A stretch of DNA of 64,000 nt from Octopus vulgaris (lineage: Eukaryota). The first letter of the stretch is position 1. The number at the start of each line of letters is the position of its first letter. Positions 1 through 12,076 of this stretch are shown here, piece by piece. Both the position numbers and the translations under genes were made by a program. The stretch covers positions 68,138,001-68,202,000 of the forward strand of contig OX597815.1 of NCBI GenBank assembly GCA_951406725.2. Direction: 5' to 3'. The notes under the pieces are model-generated. The model saw only the letters and a program-made list of their open reading frames with translations, was not told the origin of the DNA and searched no databases.

Positions 1-502
1 ATATACATAACTAAGGCACTGCGGATTGTTTTGCGTAAACTTGGTTGCTCAACACATCTTGTGAGCATCTTTAAGGAACTACACAGAAACATGAAAGCTC
101 AAGTAGTCTTTAATGATGAGCTATCTCATGAATTTTGGTGGACAATGGTGTTAAACAGGGAGATATTCCTACCCCTACACTTTTCTCTATTTATTTTGCT
201 TCATTGCTTTGGTATGCTTTCAAGGATTGCAACAGAGAAACTGGAATCAGATTTTAGACATCTGGTCATATTTTTAATTTGATCCAATTTAATTGCAAAG
301 CAAAGACTTTCAAAATACTTGTTAGAGAATTATTTTATGCTGATGATGCTGAATTGTTGGCACACTCAGAAGGATATGCAATGTTTAGTAGACAGATTTT
401 CCACTGCATGTGTACATTTCAGACTCATAATTAGTCTGGAGAAAACCAAAGTGATGTTTACTCCTGTGCCAGGACAAATATATTCTGAACCAAATATTTT
501 GT
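1..502 (+). mobile_element. Decayed RTE/BovB-like LINE, reverse transcriptase fragment
   Basis: Frameshifted RT motifs read across frames: LRKLGC..LVSIFKELH, NGVKQGD..PTLFSIYF, YADDA, DMQCLVDRFSTAC..F.L.ISLEKTKVM. Confidence 0.7.
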
Positions 503-517
503 GAGCATCTTTAAAGA

Positions 518-522
<5 letters not shown>

Positions 523-573
<51 letters not shown>

Positions 574-697
574 CTGCTCACTTAGCCAGCGAGGTGGCGT
601 CATTCGAAGGCTAAAACAATGCGAACGCATTGTGACCAGCGATGTGTAACAACGTCTGATGGTCTGGTCGGTCACATGATCACGTGATATATATATA

Positions 698-728
<31 letters not shown>

Positions 729-755
729 CTGTGTGTGTGTGAGTGTGTGTGTGTG

Positions 756-817
<62 letters not shown>

Positions 818-937
818 TAATATATATATATATACAATGAAGGATGCTTCTTGTATGATGACAGCACTTGTTTACAACTACATTTGTGTGTGTGTGCATG
901 TGCATATGTACATACATACATATATATATATATATAT
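523..937. repeat. Compound (TA)n/(TG)n microsatellite field with embedded fragments
   Basis: Long TA and TG dinucleotide runs, interrupted at 571-687 by a non-repetitive, CpG-rich segment (probable SINE 3' end) and at 836-921 by an inverted duplicate. Confidence 0.9.
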
Positions 938-938
938 A

Positions 939-1462
939 CTAGCAGTATCGCCCGGCGTTGCTCGGGTTTGTAAGGGAAATAACTATATAAGCATTTTTAG
1001 AGAGTTATAGCAAAAAAATGCATTAAAAATGGAATAAAAAATTATGGTAATTTTTTTAAAAAATTGTTGACTCAGTGTCTTCAAGCCATGAAGTCGTTGT
1101 TCTAAAAGAACGCTGGTCTCCTTGACAACGCTTTACGACGTTGATTTCCTTACACTCCCTTCCCCACAGCTTCACGAGGGAGGGAAGAAGGGGGAGAAGC
1201 AACACAGGTGCAGGTGTGACCATGGACGCCAACTCCACCGCCATCGACACACGAAAAAATATGCGTTAAAATGGAAAAAAATGATGTTAAATTATTTTTA
1301 AAATCGTAGACTCATTGTAGACGCGCGCTAATACCCAGACGGGCTCAATATGAATCACGACTATAAGATACCTGAATTTGGTTAAACTGCACCGCAAAAT
1401 GTGGAAGTAGTTAGGAATCTAAATCGTAGGAGACAGACACTCACACAACTACAGTTTTATAT
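939..1462 (-). mobile_element. Non-autonomous Helitron, copy 1
   Basis: Minus strand ends CCCGAGCAACGCCGGG (hairpin)-CGATACTG-CTAG, the canonical Helitron 3' terminus. Inserted in (TA)n, no TIR/TSD, and similar to the adjacent copy. Confidence 0.7.
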
Positions 1463-1467
1463 ATATA

Positions 1468-1958
1468 CTAGCAGTATCGCCCGGCGTTGCTCGGGTTTGT
1501 AAGGGAAATAACTATATAAGCATTTTTAGAGAGTTACTTCCCTTATAAATTCGGCTTTCTTAGCCATTTTTGTTTTGGTGTCTTCAAGCCATGAAGTCGT
1601 TGTTCTAAAAGAATGCTGGTTTCCTTCACAACGCATTACGACGTTGATTTCTTTACACTCCCTTCCCCACAGCTTCACGAGGGAGGGAAGGGGGAGAAGC
1701 AAACAGGTGCAGCTGTGAGCGTGGACGCCAACTCCGCCGCCATCGACATACGATGCATTTTATGCATTAAAATGGAATAAAAAATGATGTTAAATTATTT
1801 TTCAAATCGTAGACTCATCGTTGACGCGCGCTAATAGTCAGACGGGCTCGATATGAATCACGACTATAAGATGTCCGAATTTGGTTAAACTGCACCGCAA
1901 AATGTGGGAGGAGTTAGGAATCTAAATCGAAGGGGACAGACACTCACACAACTAGAGT

Positions 1959-1965
<7 letters not shown>
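1468..1965 (-). mobile_element. Non-autonomous Helitron, copy 2 (tandem)
   Basis: Same hairpin+CTAG end; first ~66 bp identical to copy 1, rest diverged. Confidence 0.7.
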
Positions 1966-2003
<38 letters not shown>

Positions 2004-2016
<13 letters not shown>

Positions 2017-2250
2017 CATATGCACATGCACACACACACAAATGTAGTTGTAAACAAGTGCTGTCATCATACAAGAAGCATCCTTCATTTCCAGTCTTTT
2101 GTGAAAACACATCTAGCCTGGGGGAGATATTACCTTGCTTTGAAAGTGAGATTTGGTGTCAGGAAGAGCATACTGCCAGGGATCTGTCTCAACAAATTCC
2201 ATCTGATGCATGCAATCATGGAAAAGTATATGCTAAAACAATGAATGAGA
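2004..2250 (+). mobile_element. SINE 3' body with RTE-type tail
   Basis: Matches other copies in the window (35015-35405, 41365-41686): ...ATATTACCTTGCTT...AGGAAGAGCAT...CATGCAATCATGGAAAAG. Confidence 0.65.
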
Positions 2251-2285
2251 ATACATATGTATACATATACATACACACACATATT

Positions 2286-2430
2286 TAGATAGATAGATAG
2301 ATAGATAGATAGACGGATAGATGGATAGATAGATAGACATTCAGACAGATAGGCAGATAGATAGATGGATTTATGTATATGTGTATATATATATATATAT
2401 AGTATATATATATATATATATATATATGCA
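2286..2430. repeat. (GATA)n and (TA)n microsatellite
   Basis: Direct inspection. Confidence 0.9.
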
Positions 2431-3384
2431 ACACCTTAACCTGTTTCATTACTAATTCAGTATAGTCACCAGTGTTGCGTTTTATTGAATGTACATGATG
2501 CATGAAAATACATTTTGCTCTTAGGATCAGTAAACATGTGGATCTGTCCACTTGCAGTCATTCCATCTCATAACCAAAGAGTTTAAAGTCTTTATCTATT
2601 GCCAAATCAATATTTAGATATGTCGATCAGGGAGAAATACTTTACACACACAGTCAGTGTATATAATATAATCAATAAATAAGGAATAAATGTATTCATC
2701 AAGTATGCCATCAGGTTTTGCAGGCTGGTATTTGATAGATGTGATGTGTCAGCATTGTAGTCCTTCATTACAACCCACTTAGTCAAGTTATTCTCCAAAC
2801 TACTTGCCTTGTTTGTTAACACCACAACACAACTACTTCATCTCAAGTCTTTCCTTGATCTCTAATAAGCAGCCAGAGTAACTAATTTCAGTGCCTTCTA
2901 ACATTTTTAACCCAATTTCTTTCCCCAATATAATTTCCTAACCAAATAACTCTTGTATCTTTCAGAATCATGTTACATAGCGCCACCATTCCAGTTTCAT
3001 GTTCATTTTTATACTAAACATACTAAAGCAAACAGTCAAATCATGATCAGTCATTACTAGATAGCATAACACACTTGACATACACGTTTTACCTTGTTGT
3101 CATCTGTTTATAAAGGGGAAAGGGTGATGACGAAGGTGCTTGAGGGATGGATGCAAGGGTAAGAATATAATAGAGAAAGAGAAGAGTAAAAGTTGTTTGT
3201 GAGGCCCAGAACTTTTCAACCATTTCTTATTCTGTATTATAGACTTTCCAGGTTTGCATATATTAACTGATATATGTGATTAACTCATGCTTTTGAAATG
3301 GAAGCTATTTGGTGCTCTGGGTGGGATGCCTTCACATCTCCCGTGTGTTACATAGGTTACATAGTTTACTCAGTATTAATATAC

Positions 3385-3411
3385 CATAATAACAACAACA
3401 ACTACCACATT

Positions 3412-3454
<43 letters not shown>

Positions 3455-3468
3455 TTAACAAACAACAG
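3385..3468. repeat. (AAC)n microsatellite
   Basis: Direct inspection. Confidence 0.9.
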
Positions 3469-4255
3469 TAATAGCAGAGAAAACTATACGTGATTTATCC
3501 CTAACCTTTTAAATTGTTGTTGTTATAGCTGAAGATAATGGGTGAGGGGTTTACCTCTGATGAGAAAATATTTAGGTTGTTTCAGAACATAACAAGGTCT
3601 GTTCTTCTCTAGGTCATTTTGGTACCAATTTTTCATACAGATAAGATGAAATGGATGAGGTTAAATGGTCTAAGAACACCATGAAATAACTGAAAAAAAA
3701 AAAAAAAAAAAACAAGAAAAAAAACTGTAAAATAATAATGTTCAGTAAGTCAATGGGTTGATGGAACATTAGTGAAAATTTCTAGCTTTCCAACCATGTT
3801 GTTTAAGGTTCAATTCCATTGCATAGCACCTGGGGCAAGTGCTATCTACTATTTCCCCAGGGCAGCCAAAGATTTGAGAGTTGATTTGTAAGATGGAAAC
3901 TGCTGAAAAAAGAGTGTTGTGTGTGTGTATGCGTGTGTGTGTGTGTGTGTATGCATGTGTGTGTGTGTTTGTGTGCATGCGCATGCTTGTGTGTATGTGT
4001 GCACGCATGCATATGTGTATGTGCATGTGCATGTATGCATGCATGTGGAGGTGCATAGCTTAGTGGTTAGGGTGTTGCACTTATGATCACCTAGTATATG
4101 TAAATCACAGTATGTGTGCGTATAATATTCATAACTGTTCTATAAAGGGGATTAGTGAATTGTCAAAAAGACTTTTTGAAATTGGCTAGAATGTAACAAA
4201 GTAAGTTGTCCTTTTATATGTTGCTATCATTGTGTCATTCATGTTGTGAAGCCTC

Positions 4256-4340
4256 CTGATGAGGGGAGTGTCTGCTTCATTAAAATATGAAATTTATGTC
4301 ATATTATCTGACACATCTTCGAAACAGCCCGTTGATGGAA
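4256..4340 (+). ncRNA. Decayed hammerhead-like core (Penelope-type remnant)
   Basis: CTGATGA-GGGGAGTGTC...GACACATCTTC-GAAAC; helix III and the cleavage site are degenerate. Confidence 0.35.
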
Positions 4341-4889
4341 CATTATCTTTGTGTATTAGTATGTCCTTTTAATGTTTGATAATTTCTAACTTTCCACTGG
4401 ACTCCGTGTTGTAACTTGTTAATCTTTATTCCCTTGTATATTATCGTGTGAATTAATAATTCAACAAGTCTTATGTTATATTGATGTTTTCTATTTCGCC
4501 TGTATATTTATATTTATATATATGAGTATTTTTAAATATTTTTATATACCTACAAGTTTTTATCTTATATCATATCGACATTTTTATATCTATTTATGTA
4601 TCTATTTATGTATTTATATATTTTTTTAAATGCTTACGTATCTTTAAATATTTTTAAATATTTTAAAATATTTGCGTATTTTTAAATATTAAATATTTAT
4701 ATGTTTATATACTTGTATGTTTTTAATACTATATTATCTCGAACTTTATATTAATTTATTAATGTCGAAGAAAGTACACATATATATTGAATATTCTATT
4801 GGATAATAGGTCATGTTCCTCTAGTTTTCTGCTGGTATTGCCTCCATTCAAAATATAAATAATGACTAACGCATACATTTCCATAATTC

Positions 4890-5061
4890 TGAACTGATGT
4901 GGTGAAAGAGTACAGTAGGATTCACCACCAACCCCTACCGGAGCCTCATGATGCTTTAGGTGTTTTCACTCAATAAATACTCACAACGCCTGGTCTGGGA
5001 ATTGAAACTGCAATCCTACAACTGCAAGTTTGCTACCCTAACCGCTGGGCTATTGCGCCTC

Positions 5062-5064
<3 letters not shown>
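4890..5064 (-). mobile_element. tRNA-derived SINE, 5' part
   Basis: Minus strand GGAGGCGCAATAGCCCAGCGGTTAGGG (A-box-like)...GTTTCAATTCCC (B-box-like). Confidence 0.55.
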
Positions 5065-5120
<56 letters not shown>

Positions 5121-5400
5121 ATGTATTGTAAGTGTAATGTAAGTATAAGTGTGTGTGTGTATTATATATATATATGCATATACACACACATATATATATA
5201 CATACATACACACACATATACATATATATAAATATTAAAGGAAATAGAGAAATACAATCAACATATTAAAAATTTATTAACATTATATAACAGAATATAA
5301 CATTAACATTATAATATAAAATTATTATACTATAAAAAAATAATATAATATAATAATATTATATAATATTAAATAATATAACAACTAATTAAAACAAATA

Positions 5401-5480
5401 CATATCCTACAATTTGTTTCAACTCATTTTCACTGGAGAATTTATAAAAATTCACTTTTATACATATGAGTCTCATCAGG
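5401..5480 (-). ncRNA. Hammerhead-like core (Penelope-type remnant)
   Basis: Minus strand CTGATGA-GACTCAT...ATGAGTT-GAAA-CAAATTG-TA: helix II pairs, with a short palindromic helix III and a GUA site. Confidence 0.45.
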
Positions 5481-5712
5481 TTAAATATTTCCTTTAATAT
5501 TTATATATTTATATATTGAAATTATACCATTTTAAGTTCGGATTTTTTTTTTCTACTATATTGTGGTATTTAACTGAATTACCAGTGAAAATTGAATGTT
5601 TTCCATACCTTTGAAGAAAATTACTTTTTCCTTGAATTGATTTATATACATATATGTATGTATATATATGTACCACTTGTAATAAAATGACAATGATAAT
5701 AATAATAATAAT

Positions 5713-6636
5713 CATCATCATCATCATTTAACGTCCACTTTCCATGCTAGCATGGGTTGGACGGTTCAACTGGGGTCTGGGGAGCCCGAAGGCTGCACCA
5801 GGCCAGTCAGATCTGGCAGTGTTTCTACAGCTGGATGCCCTTCCTAACGCCAACCACTCCGAGAGTGTAGTGGGTGATTTTATGTGCCACCGACACAGGT
5901 GCCAGACGAGGCTGGCGAACGGCCATGCTCAGATGGTGTTTTTTTATGTGCCACCGACACAGGTGCCAGACAAGGCTGGCAGATGGCCACGCTCGGATGG
6001 TGTTTTTATGTGCCACCGACACAAGTGCCAGATGAGGCTGGCGAATGGCCACGATCGGATGGTGTTTGTTACGTGCCCACAGCACGGAGGCCAGTCGATG
6101 CGGTACTGGCTACAGCCACGTTCGGAACGTTTTCTTGTGTGCCACCGGCACTGGTACCACAAAGATACAAATTCCATTGATGTTCATCTATTTTGATTTT
6201 TTGATTTTCACTTGCCTCAACAAGTCTTCACAAGTGTCACACACTTGCCTCAACAGGTCTTCACAAGTGTCACACACTTGCCTCAACAGGTCTTCACAAG
6301 TGTCATAAGAAGGAAGGTATGCACAGGTGGACTGACTACATCCCAGGTAGGGGCCACGGGTTATGGCCTGACTAGTCTTGCCGGGTCTTCGGATGGTGTT
6401 TTTATGTGCCAGATGCCAGATAAGGCTGGCGAACGGCCACAATCGGATGGTGTTTGTTACGTGCCCACAGCACGGAGGCCAGTCGATGTGGTACTGACTA
6501 CCGCCACGTTCGGATGGTTATCTTGTGTGCCACCGGCACTGGTACCACAAAGATACAAATTCCATTGATGTTCATCTATTTTGATTTGTTTTGATTTGAT
6601 TTGATTATCACTTGCCTCAACAGGTCTTCACAAGTG

Positions 6637-6638
<2 letters not shown>
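5713..6638 (-). mobile_element. RTE LINE 3' UTR fragment, internally rearranged
   Basis: (GAT)n tail and terminal ~170 bp match 30801-30960; carries ~63 bp hairpin units, a 31 bp x3 repeat and a duplicated block; ends at (TA)n. Confidence 0.8.
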
Positions 6639-6687
<49 letters not shown>

Positions 6688-6694
6688 CATACAT

Positions 6695-6763
<69 letters not shown>

Positions 6764-6776
6764 TACATATATATAT
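6639..6776. repeat. (TA)n/(TACA)n/(CA)n microsatellite
   Basis: Direct inspection. Confidence 0.9.
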
Positions 6777-7221
6777 AACAATGATATTTAATGTGATAAT
6801 GCAGATCAGAGAAATGATAAATGAGAATATTATTTGATTGATATCTAATATGATTGATTATTAATATGGCTATTTATTAAATTATCTGGGAGGAGAGTGA
6901 TGTAAGAACAGTTACAGAATATCTTAGCTAAGATTCAAAAGCAAATCCACATTTTACCACATGGTCAAACAAGTTCTTGGCCCATTGTCTTAGTCTTTTT
7001 TTGCACTAAGAGATTAATGAGTCCAGTCATAGGTTAAGTAGCGAAAACTTTGAAGTCACTGTCAACAACATTCTTGTATAAGAATAATAAATTTGTACTT
7101 AACATAAGTTCAAGTAACCCGTCCAATGAATGTAAAATTGTTTTTATTATAACTGCACATAAGAACAAGCATTAATACACACACACACATACATATATGT
7201 ATAAAATATATATATATATAC

Positions 7222-8660
7222 TATCATCATCATCAACATTTGACATTCATTTCCCATGTTCGAATGGGTTGGACAACTTGACAGCAACTGGCAAATCCAG
7301 GGGCCACACCAGGTTCCATAGTCTGTTTTGTCTCAGTTTCTACAGCTGGATGCCCTTCTTAACCACTTTACAAAATGTACTGGGTACTTTTTACCTGGAA
7401 CCATACCATTTCTTTTTATGTGGTACCAGCACCCTGCCATCTTTTACATGGCACCTGGTTTTAGAATATCAATTCAGTTGTAGTGAGTGGGCTTCTTGAG
7501 TACAGCAATGCACCACTTATTTCAATCCTCTGTCATCTCCTTCATAAGGCATTTTGAGATCGACCTTCAATACTTCATCTCATGTCTTTCTGGGTCTCCT
7601 TCTTCCACAATTTCCCTCCATTCTAAGTGATCTGCACTTCTTTATGCAACTATCCTCACCCATCCATGTTACATGACCAAACCATCACAGCCTTCACTCT
7701 TGCACATTGCATCTAATTCCTCTTATGCTTTACTTTTTTCTCAATACACCAGTGCTCTGTTGCACATACACACTGACATTGCATATCTAGCAATGCATAA
7801 CGGCTTTGTTCCTCTCTAGTCTTTGCATGTCCTCTGCATTTAGGGCCTCACTACCATGTAGCATTGCAGTTCATACACATGCATCGAACAATATTCCTTT
7901 CAGTCAGGCCTTTAGTTGTCAACAGAGATAAAAGCTCTCTGAACTTTTTCCATCCTATTTTTATTCTAGCAATTACACTTTCTGTACGACTTCCTCCACT
8001 GCTAATTAAGTCACCTAGGTGGCAGAAATTTTCTATAACTTCCAGAGAGCCTTCAGGACATTTGAGGAAATCAGTTTCCTGTATATTTGTAGTCTTTATG
8101 ACTCTTGTACATCTTCCACATATGAACACAACTTTCTCTCTGTTAACCTGCCTACCATTCCACTGCACCTCTTGTGTGTCCATAGATTGCACAGAGTATG
8201 CTGAATGAGATCTCTGCTGACACCCTTCCTACATATCAAACAGGGCCATTTACCAGAAGGGTGAAGGGTCTCGTCCAATTTTTTGCTTACTAGAACCTTG
8301 GTTTTTGCAAAGTAACCTTAAGGCCCTTTGATTCCAGGTTCTGTTTCCACTTCTGGGATTTCTTTCCTAATTCTGTTACAGATTCTGCAAGATCATCAGC
8401 ATATAGTAGTTCCCATGTGCTTCTAGCCTTCAGTTCCTGTTATGGCCTGGAGGAGGATGAAGAATAGGAGGGAGCTGAGGGTTGAGCCTTGGGGAACACC
8501 TACCTGTACACTAATTTCATCACTGTACCTATGGCTAACTCATATCTTACTAATAGCATCCTTGTACATGGTGTGTACAACTTTTACAAGTCATTTGTCA
8601 ACCTCTAACTTCCTCAGAGACCACCATATATCAGAGCAAGGTAATCTGTTGAAGGCTATA
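7222..8660 (-). mobile_element. Older, decayed 5'-truncated RTE LINE (RT C-terminal half plus 3' UTR)
   Basis: Frameshifted peptides collinear with the 31596-34364 ORF: IWWSLRKL, GVPQGS, LLYADDL, WPCLICRKGV..LWTHKRCS, FICGRC, LGDLISSGG, KKFRELL; (GAT)n tail near 7222. Confidence 0.85.
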
Positions 8661-8749
8661 AATATATATGTATACCCATATGTATATATTACATATAGGT
8701 TTAAGGGGGTAAAAGAGAGAGAGAGAAAGAGAGAGGGCCTCCTTGTTTT

Positions 8750-8977
8750 GATATCACATGATATCTGTAAATGTATGTCACCATCAAACAAGGTGTTATT
8801 TGTTTCAAATCTTCGATGAAAACGTACCAGACCATGGGGAAATATTATCTTGCTTGGAAACAAGTGAGAGTTGGTAACAGGAAGAGCATCCAGCCATAGA
8901 AAATTTGCCTCCACAAATTTCATCAGACCCTTTCAAGCTTGGAAACAAGGACATTAAATTGATGAAGATGATGATGT

Positions 8978-9016
<39 letters not shown>

Positions 9017-9032
9017 CAATGATGACAACGAT
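8750..9032 (+). mobile_element. SINE 3' body with long (GAT)n tail
   Basis: Same body as 2004-2250; AGGAAGAGCATCCAGCCATAGAAAA...GGACATTAAA followed by (GAT)n. Confidence 0.7.
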
Positions 9033-9954
9033 GAAGGACTGAGAATAAAAACATACCCTATACTGAGAATCACACAACTAAATTCTGCATGGTGGAATAT
9101 ATAGTGTAGACTACATGTTCTTAACTAATGAATGGTATATCTAGAATAGAACTCAGGAACTGTGAGTTGCTCCTTGGTTGTCAGTCGATAACCTCAGTGT
9201 TCTGAGCCTCCTACTTCAACAAAGTCGACTAATGTTACTCAACCACAAGAACATCAAACTTACTTTTCTTTGAAGGATTAATATCTGTTTTTTTTTTCCC
9301 CTTTATCTTCTTTCTTTTCATTTATATCAGAAATATTCTAAAAGACAGCTTATATCAAGAAAACCGCCTTTTTTCATTGTGTAACCGATTTCAATATCTC
9401 ATTGTTTGTGTATAATACTCTTTGTTCACCTTTTGCTTTTAAGTTTTTGTCTTAACCAATTGTATAGAATTCTTAAATATATACAATTTATATTGATATG
9501 ACATTATTATTATGTTTTTTCTGTATCTTTGACAATGATATAAAATGCCTATCTATATGTCTGTCCATCCATCCATCCCTTCATCCACCTGTCAGTCTGT
9601 CTATCTATGTGTCTATTTATCCATCTGTCTTATTTGTTTTACAAACTTTGTAAGAGCTTCAAAAGCTGTTATATGACTCATATCTCACATTTGAAAATAT
9701 ACTTTTATCATCCAAAATGAATTACCTGAAATATCAATGGATACTTTATTATCACAACTGGGTAAATGGCCATTTGTAAAACATAATATTACTGCTATCA
9801 TCTTACTTTAGTAGACATATAAAAACTTCAATACAGTGTGTATTGTAGAAATAGTTTACAAACCAGAAAACTTTACAAATAGATCGTTTGTATATTAAAC
9901 ATAAACCTCAGGAATTTTTCTATATTTTCTTTTCACTGTTCTACATTCAACAGT

Positions 9955-10282
9955 GAAGGTGCTTGGCCTAGTGATTAAGATATTGGCTTCATGATCATAA
10001 AAACATGGTTTCAATTCCTGGACTGGATAGCATGTCATGTCCTCAAGCAAGTACTTCATTTCATGTTACTCTCATCTATTCAATGTAAATTGAGTACCAG
10101 TTGAGTGTTGGTGCAGTTTTCTCTCTCCTTCCAGATGCAACATTTTGGTTGTTCGACTATGTAAAGGGTAGAAAGGACAAGAAGGTATCTATGTTTGATC
10201 ATGGCTACATAGGAACCGAAAACAATAAGCAAAAGCATGATACTTGCTACAAGATCTTACTTGCTTGGGAGTAACAGATATG

Positions 10283-10290
<8 letters not shown>
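9955..10290 (+). mobile_element. Decayed tRNA-derived SINE
   Basis: GTGAAGGTGCTTGGCCTAGTGATTAAG...GGTTTCAATTCCTGG head; similar copy at 24235-24545. Confidence 0.55.
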
Positions 10291-10319
<29 letters not shown>

Positions 10320-10392
10320 AACATCTAAGGATTATTGTTGCAAATTAATATATATACAGAATTCGAGCAGAATTGAAGCTGTAATTACTGCC

Positions 10393-11221
10393 TTTGGCAA
10401 TAATTACAGCTTGAATTCTATGAGGTATGGACTCGCTAAAGTTTGAATTGTTTCCAATGGAATTTTTGTCCATTCTTCAGCTAAAACAGTCTTCAGTTTT
10501 TGTAGTGATGATGGTGGAAGATATCAACTCCTTACTTGTTTTTCTAAAATGCACCATAAATATTCAATAATATTGAGATCTGGGGACTGTGGTGGCCAGA
10601 TAAGATGTTCAACTTCACTAGAATGTTTCTTGTGCCATTCAGTAACAAATTTAGCAGTGAGAATTGGTGCATTACCATCCTGAAAGATTGTGTTTCCCTC
10701 CGGAAACAGTTCTGCAACCATAGGATTAATTTGATTAGATAAAATGCTTAAATAGTCTTGACTATTAATTCTGCCATGAAGGGAAACCATTGGACCAGCA
10801 TATTTCCAAGATATAGCTCCCCAGATCATCGACAGTCCCTATTTGAAAGTTTTGGTTTTCTTCTGGAGTTTTGTTTCAACGAGGAGGTTTTTCCCTCTTT
10901 CTTAAAGGCTGTCATTACTTTTGAAACAGTACTTCTTGATACATAAAGCATTTCAGCTATTTTCATAACTCTAGTGTCTGTCATATGAGCACCAACAAGT
11001 TGACCTCTTTGGAAGTCCGATAGATTTGTCATTCTAATGAATTTTAATTACCTTTTTCTGATGATATCTGAAAAGAAACAACAATTTTAGCAAAACATAT
11101 TAAGCAACACTAATAATAAATCAAAAAACATAAAAATAAACAAGCTTTTGACGGTTTTATAGATATTTCAAAATTTTGATGCTATGATGCTAGGTGTTTC
11201 CATTATTTTGTCCAACCCCTG
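10393..11221 (-). mobile_element. Tc1-family element, internally deleted copy lacking the 3' TIR
   Basis: 5' TIR CAGGGGTTGGACAAAATAATGGAAACAC at 11221 next to TA; peptides LSDFQRGQLVG and MIWGAIS...WPPQSPDLNIIE; ~370 bp deleted near 10829 relative to 22182-23454. Confidence 0.9.
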
Positions 11222-11236
11222 TATATACACCCACAT

Positions 11237-11279
<43 letters not shown>

Positions 11280-11394
11280 GGGTGTTTTGGCTAAATTGGA
11301 CAGTTTGTTTGTATAAAAGGAAAAGAAAACACAATATTCCATTAAAAAATGAAAGTATTTTAAAAAATCAAAAAATATCAAGTAGATAAATCAA

Positions 11395-11877
11395 AATCAA
11401 ATCAAATCAAAACACAATCAAATGAAAATTGTAGTTGTGGGTAATGTCTGTGCCACCTGACTGGCTCCCATGCTGGTGGCACACAATAAGCACCATGTAT
11501 GCATGGGTTGTTACCAGAGCTACCTGACTGGCTCTCCATGCTGGTGGCTCGTAAAAAGCACCATCCAAACATGGTCGATGCCAGACCCACCCCACCTCAA
11601 CTGGCTCCTATGCTGGAAGCATGTAAAAAGCCCCATCTGAATGTGGCCGATGCCAGTGCCGCCTGACTGGTTCCCATGCCGGTGGCATGTAAAAAGCATC
11701 CACTACACTCTCAGTGTGGTTAGCGTTAAGAAGAGCATCAAGCTGTAGAAATACTACCAGATAAGATTGGAGCCTGGTGCAGCCTCCTGGCTTCCCAGTT
11801 CCCAGTAAAACAGTCCAACCCATGCCAGCATGGACAACGGACATTAAACGATGATGATGATGATGATGATGATGATT
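11395..11877 (+). mobile_element. RTE LINE 3' UTR fragment
   Basis: (AATCA)n-like start, hairpin units CATGCTGGTGGCA..TAAAAAGC, conserved terminus and (GAT)n tail. Confidence 0.75.
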
Positions 11878-12036
11878 ATGGAGGGTAAATAACAGCTTAT
11901 TCAAAGTAGCCACCCTCAGCTTCCACCACGGCCAGAAGACAGCTCTGGAACCTGGTATGGACACTCAGCTTTCAAGAGCTTTCTGTGATAACCACACCAC
12001 TCCGGGAATCCATACTGTATACTACAAATATGTATG

Positions 12037-12074
<38 letters not shown>

Positions 12075-12076
<2 letters not shown>

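Noticed and set aside
511-1010. ORFs rich in YI/HT/CV repeats (also 13513-14270, 14902-15201, 16284-16714, 56363-57540)
   Set aside because: Translations of stop-free microsatellites.
4047-4090. tRNA-like A-box sequence (and similar heads elsewhere)
   Set aside because: SINE heads; no complete cloverleaf.
10237-10446. Poly-alanine ORF
   Set aside because: (GCT)n tail of a SINE running into the Tc1 end.
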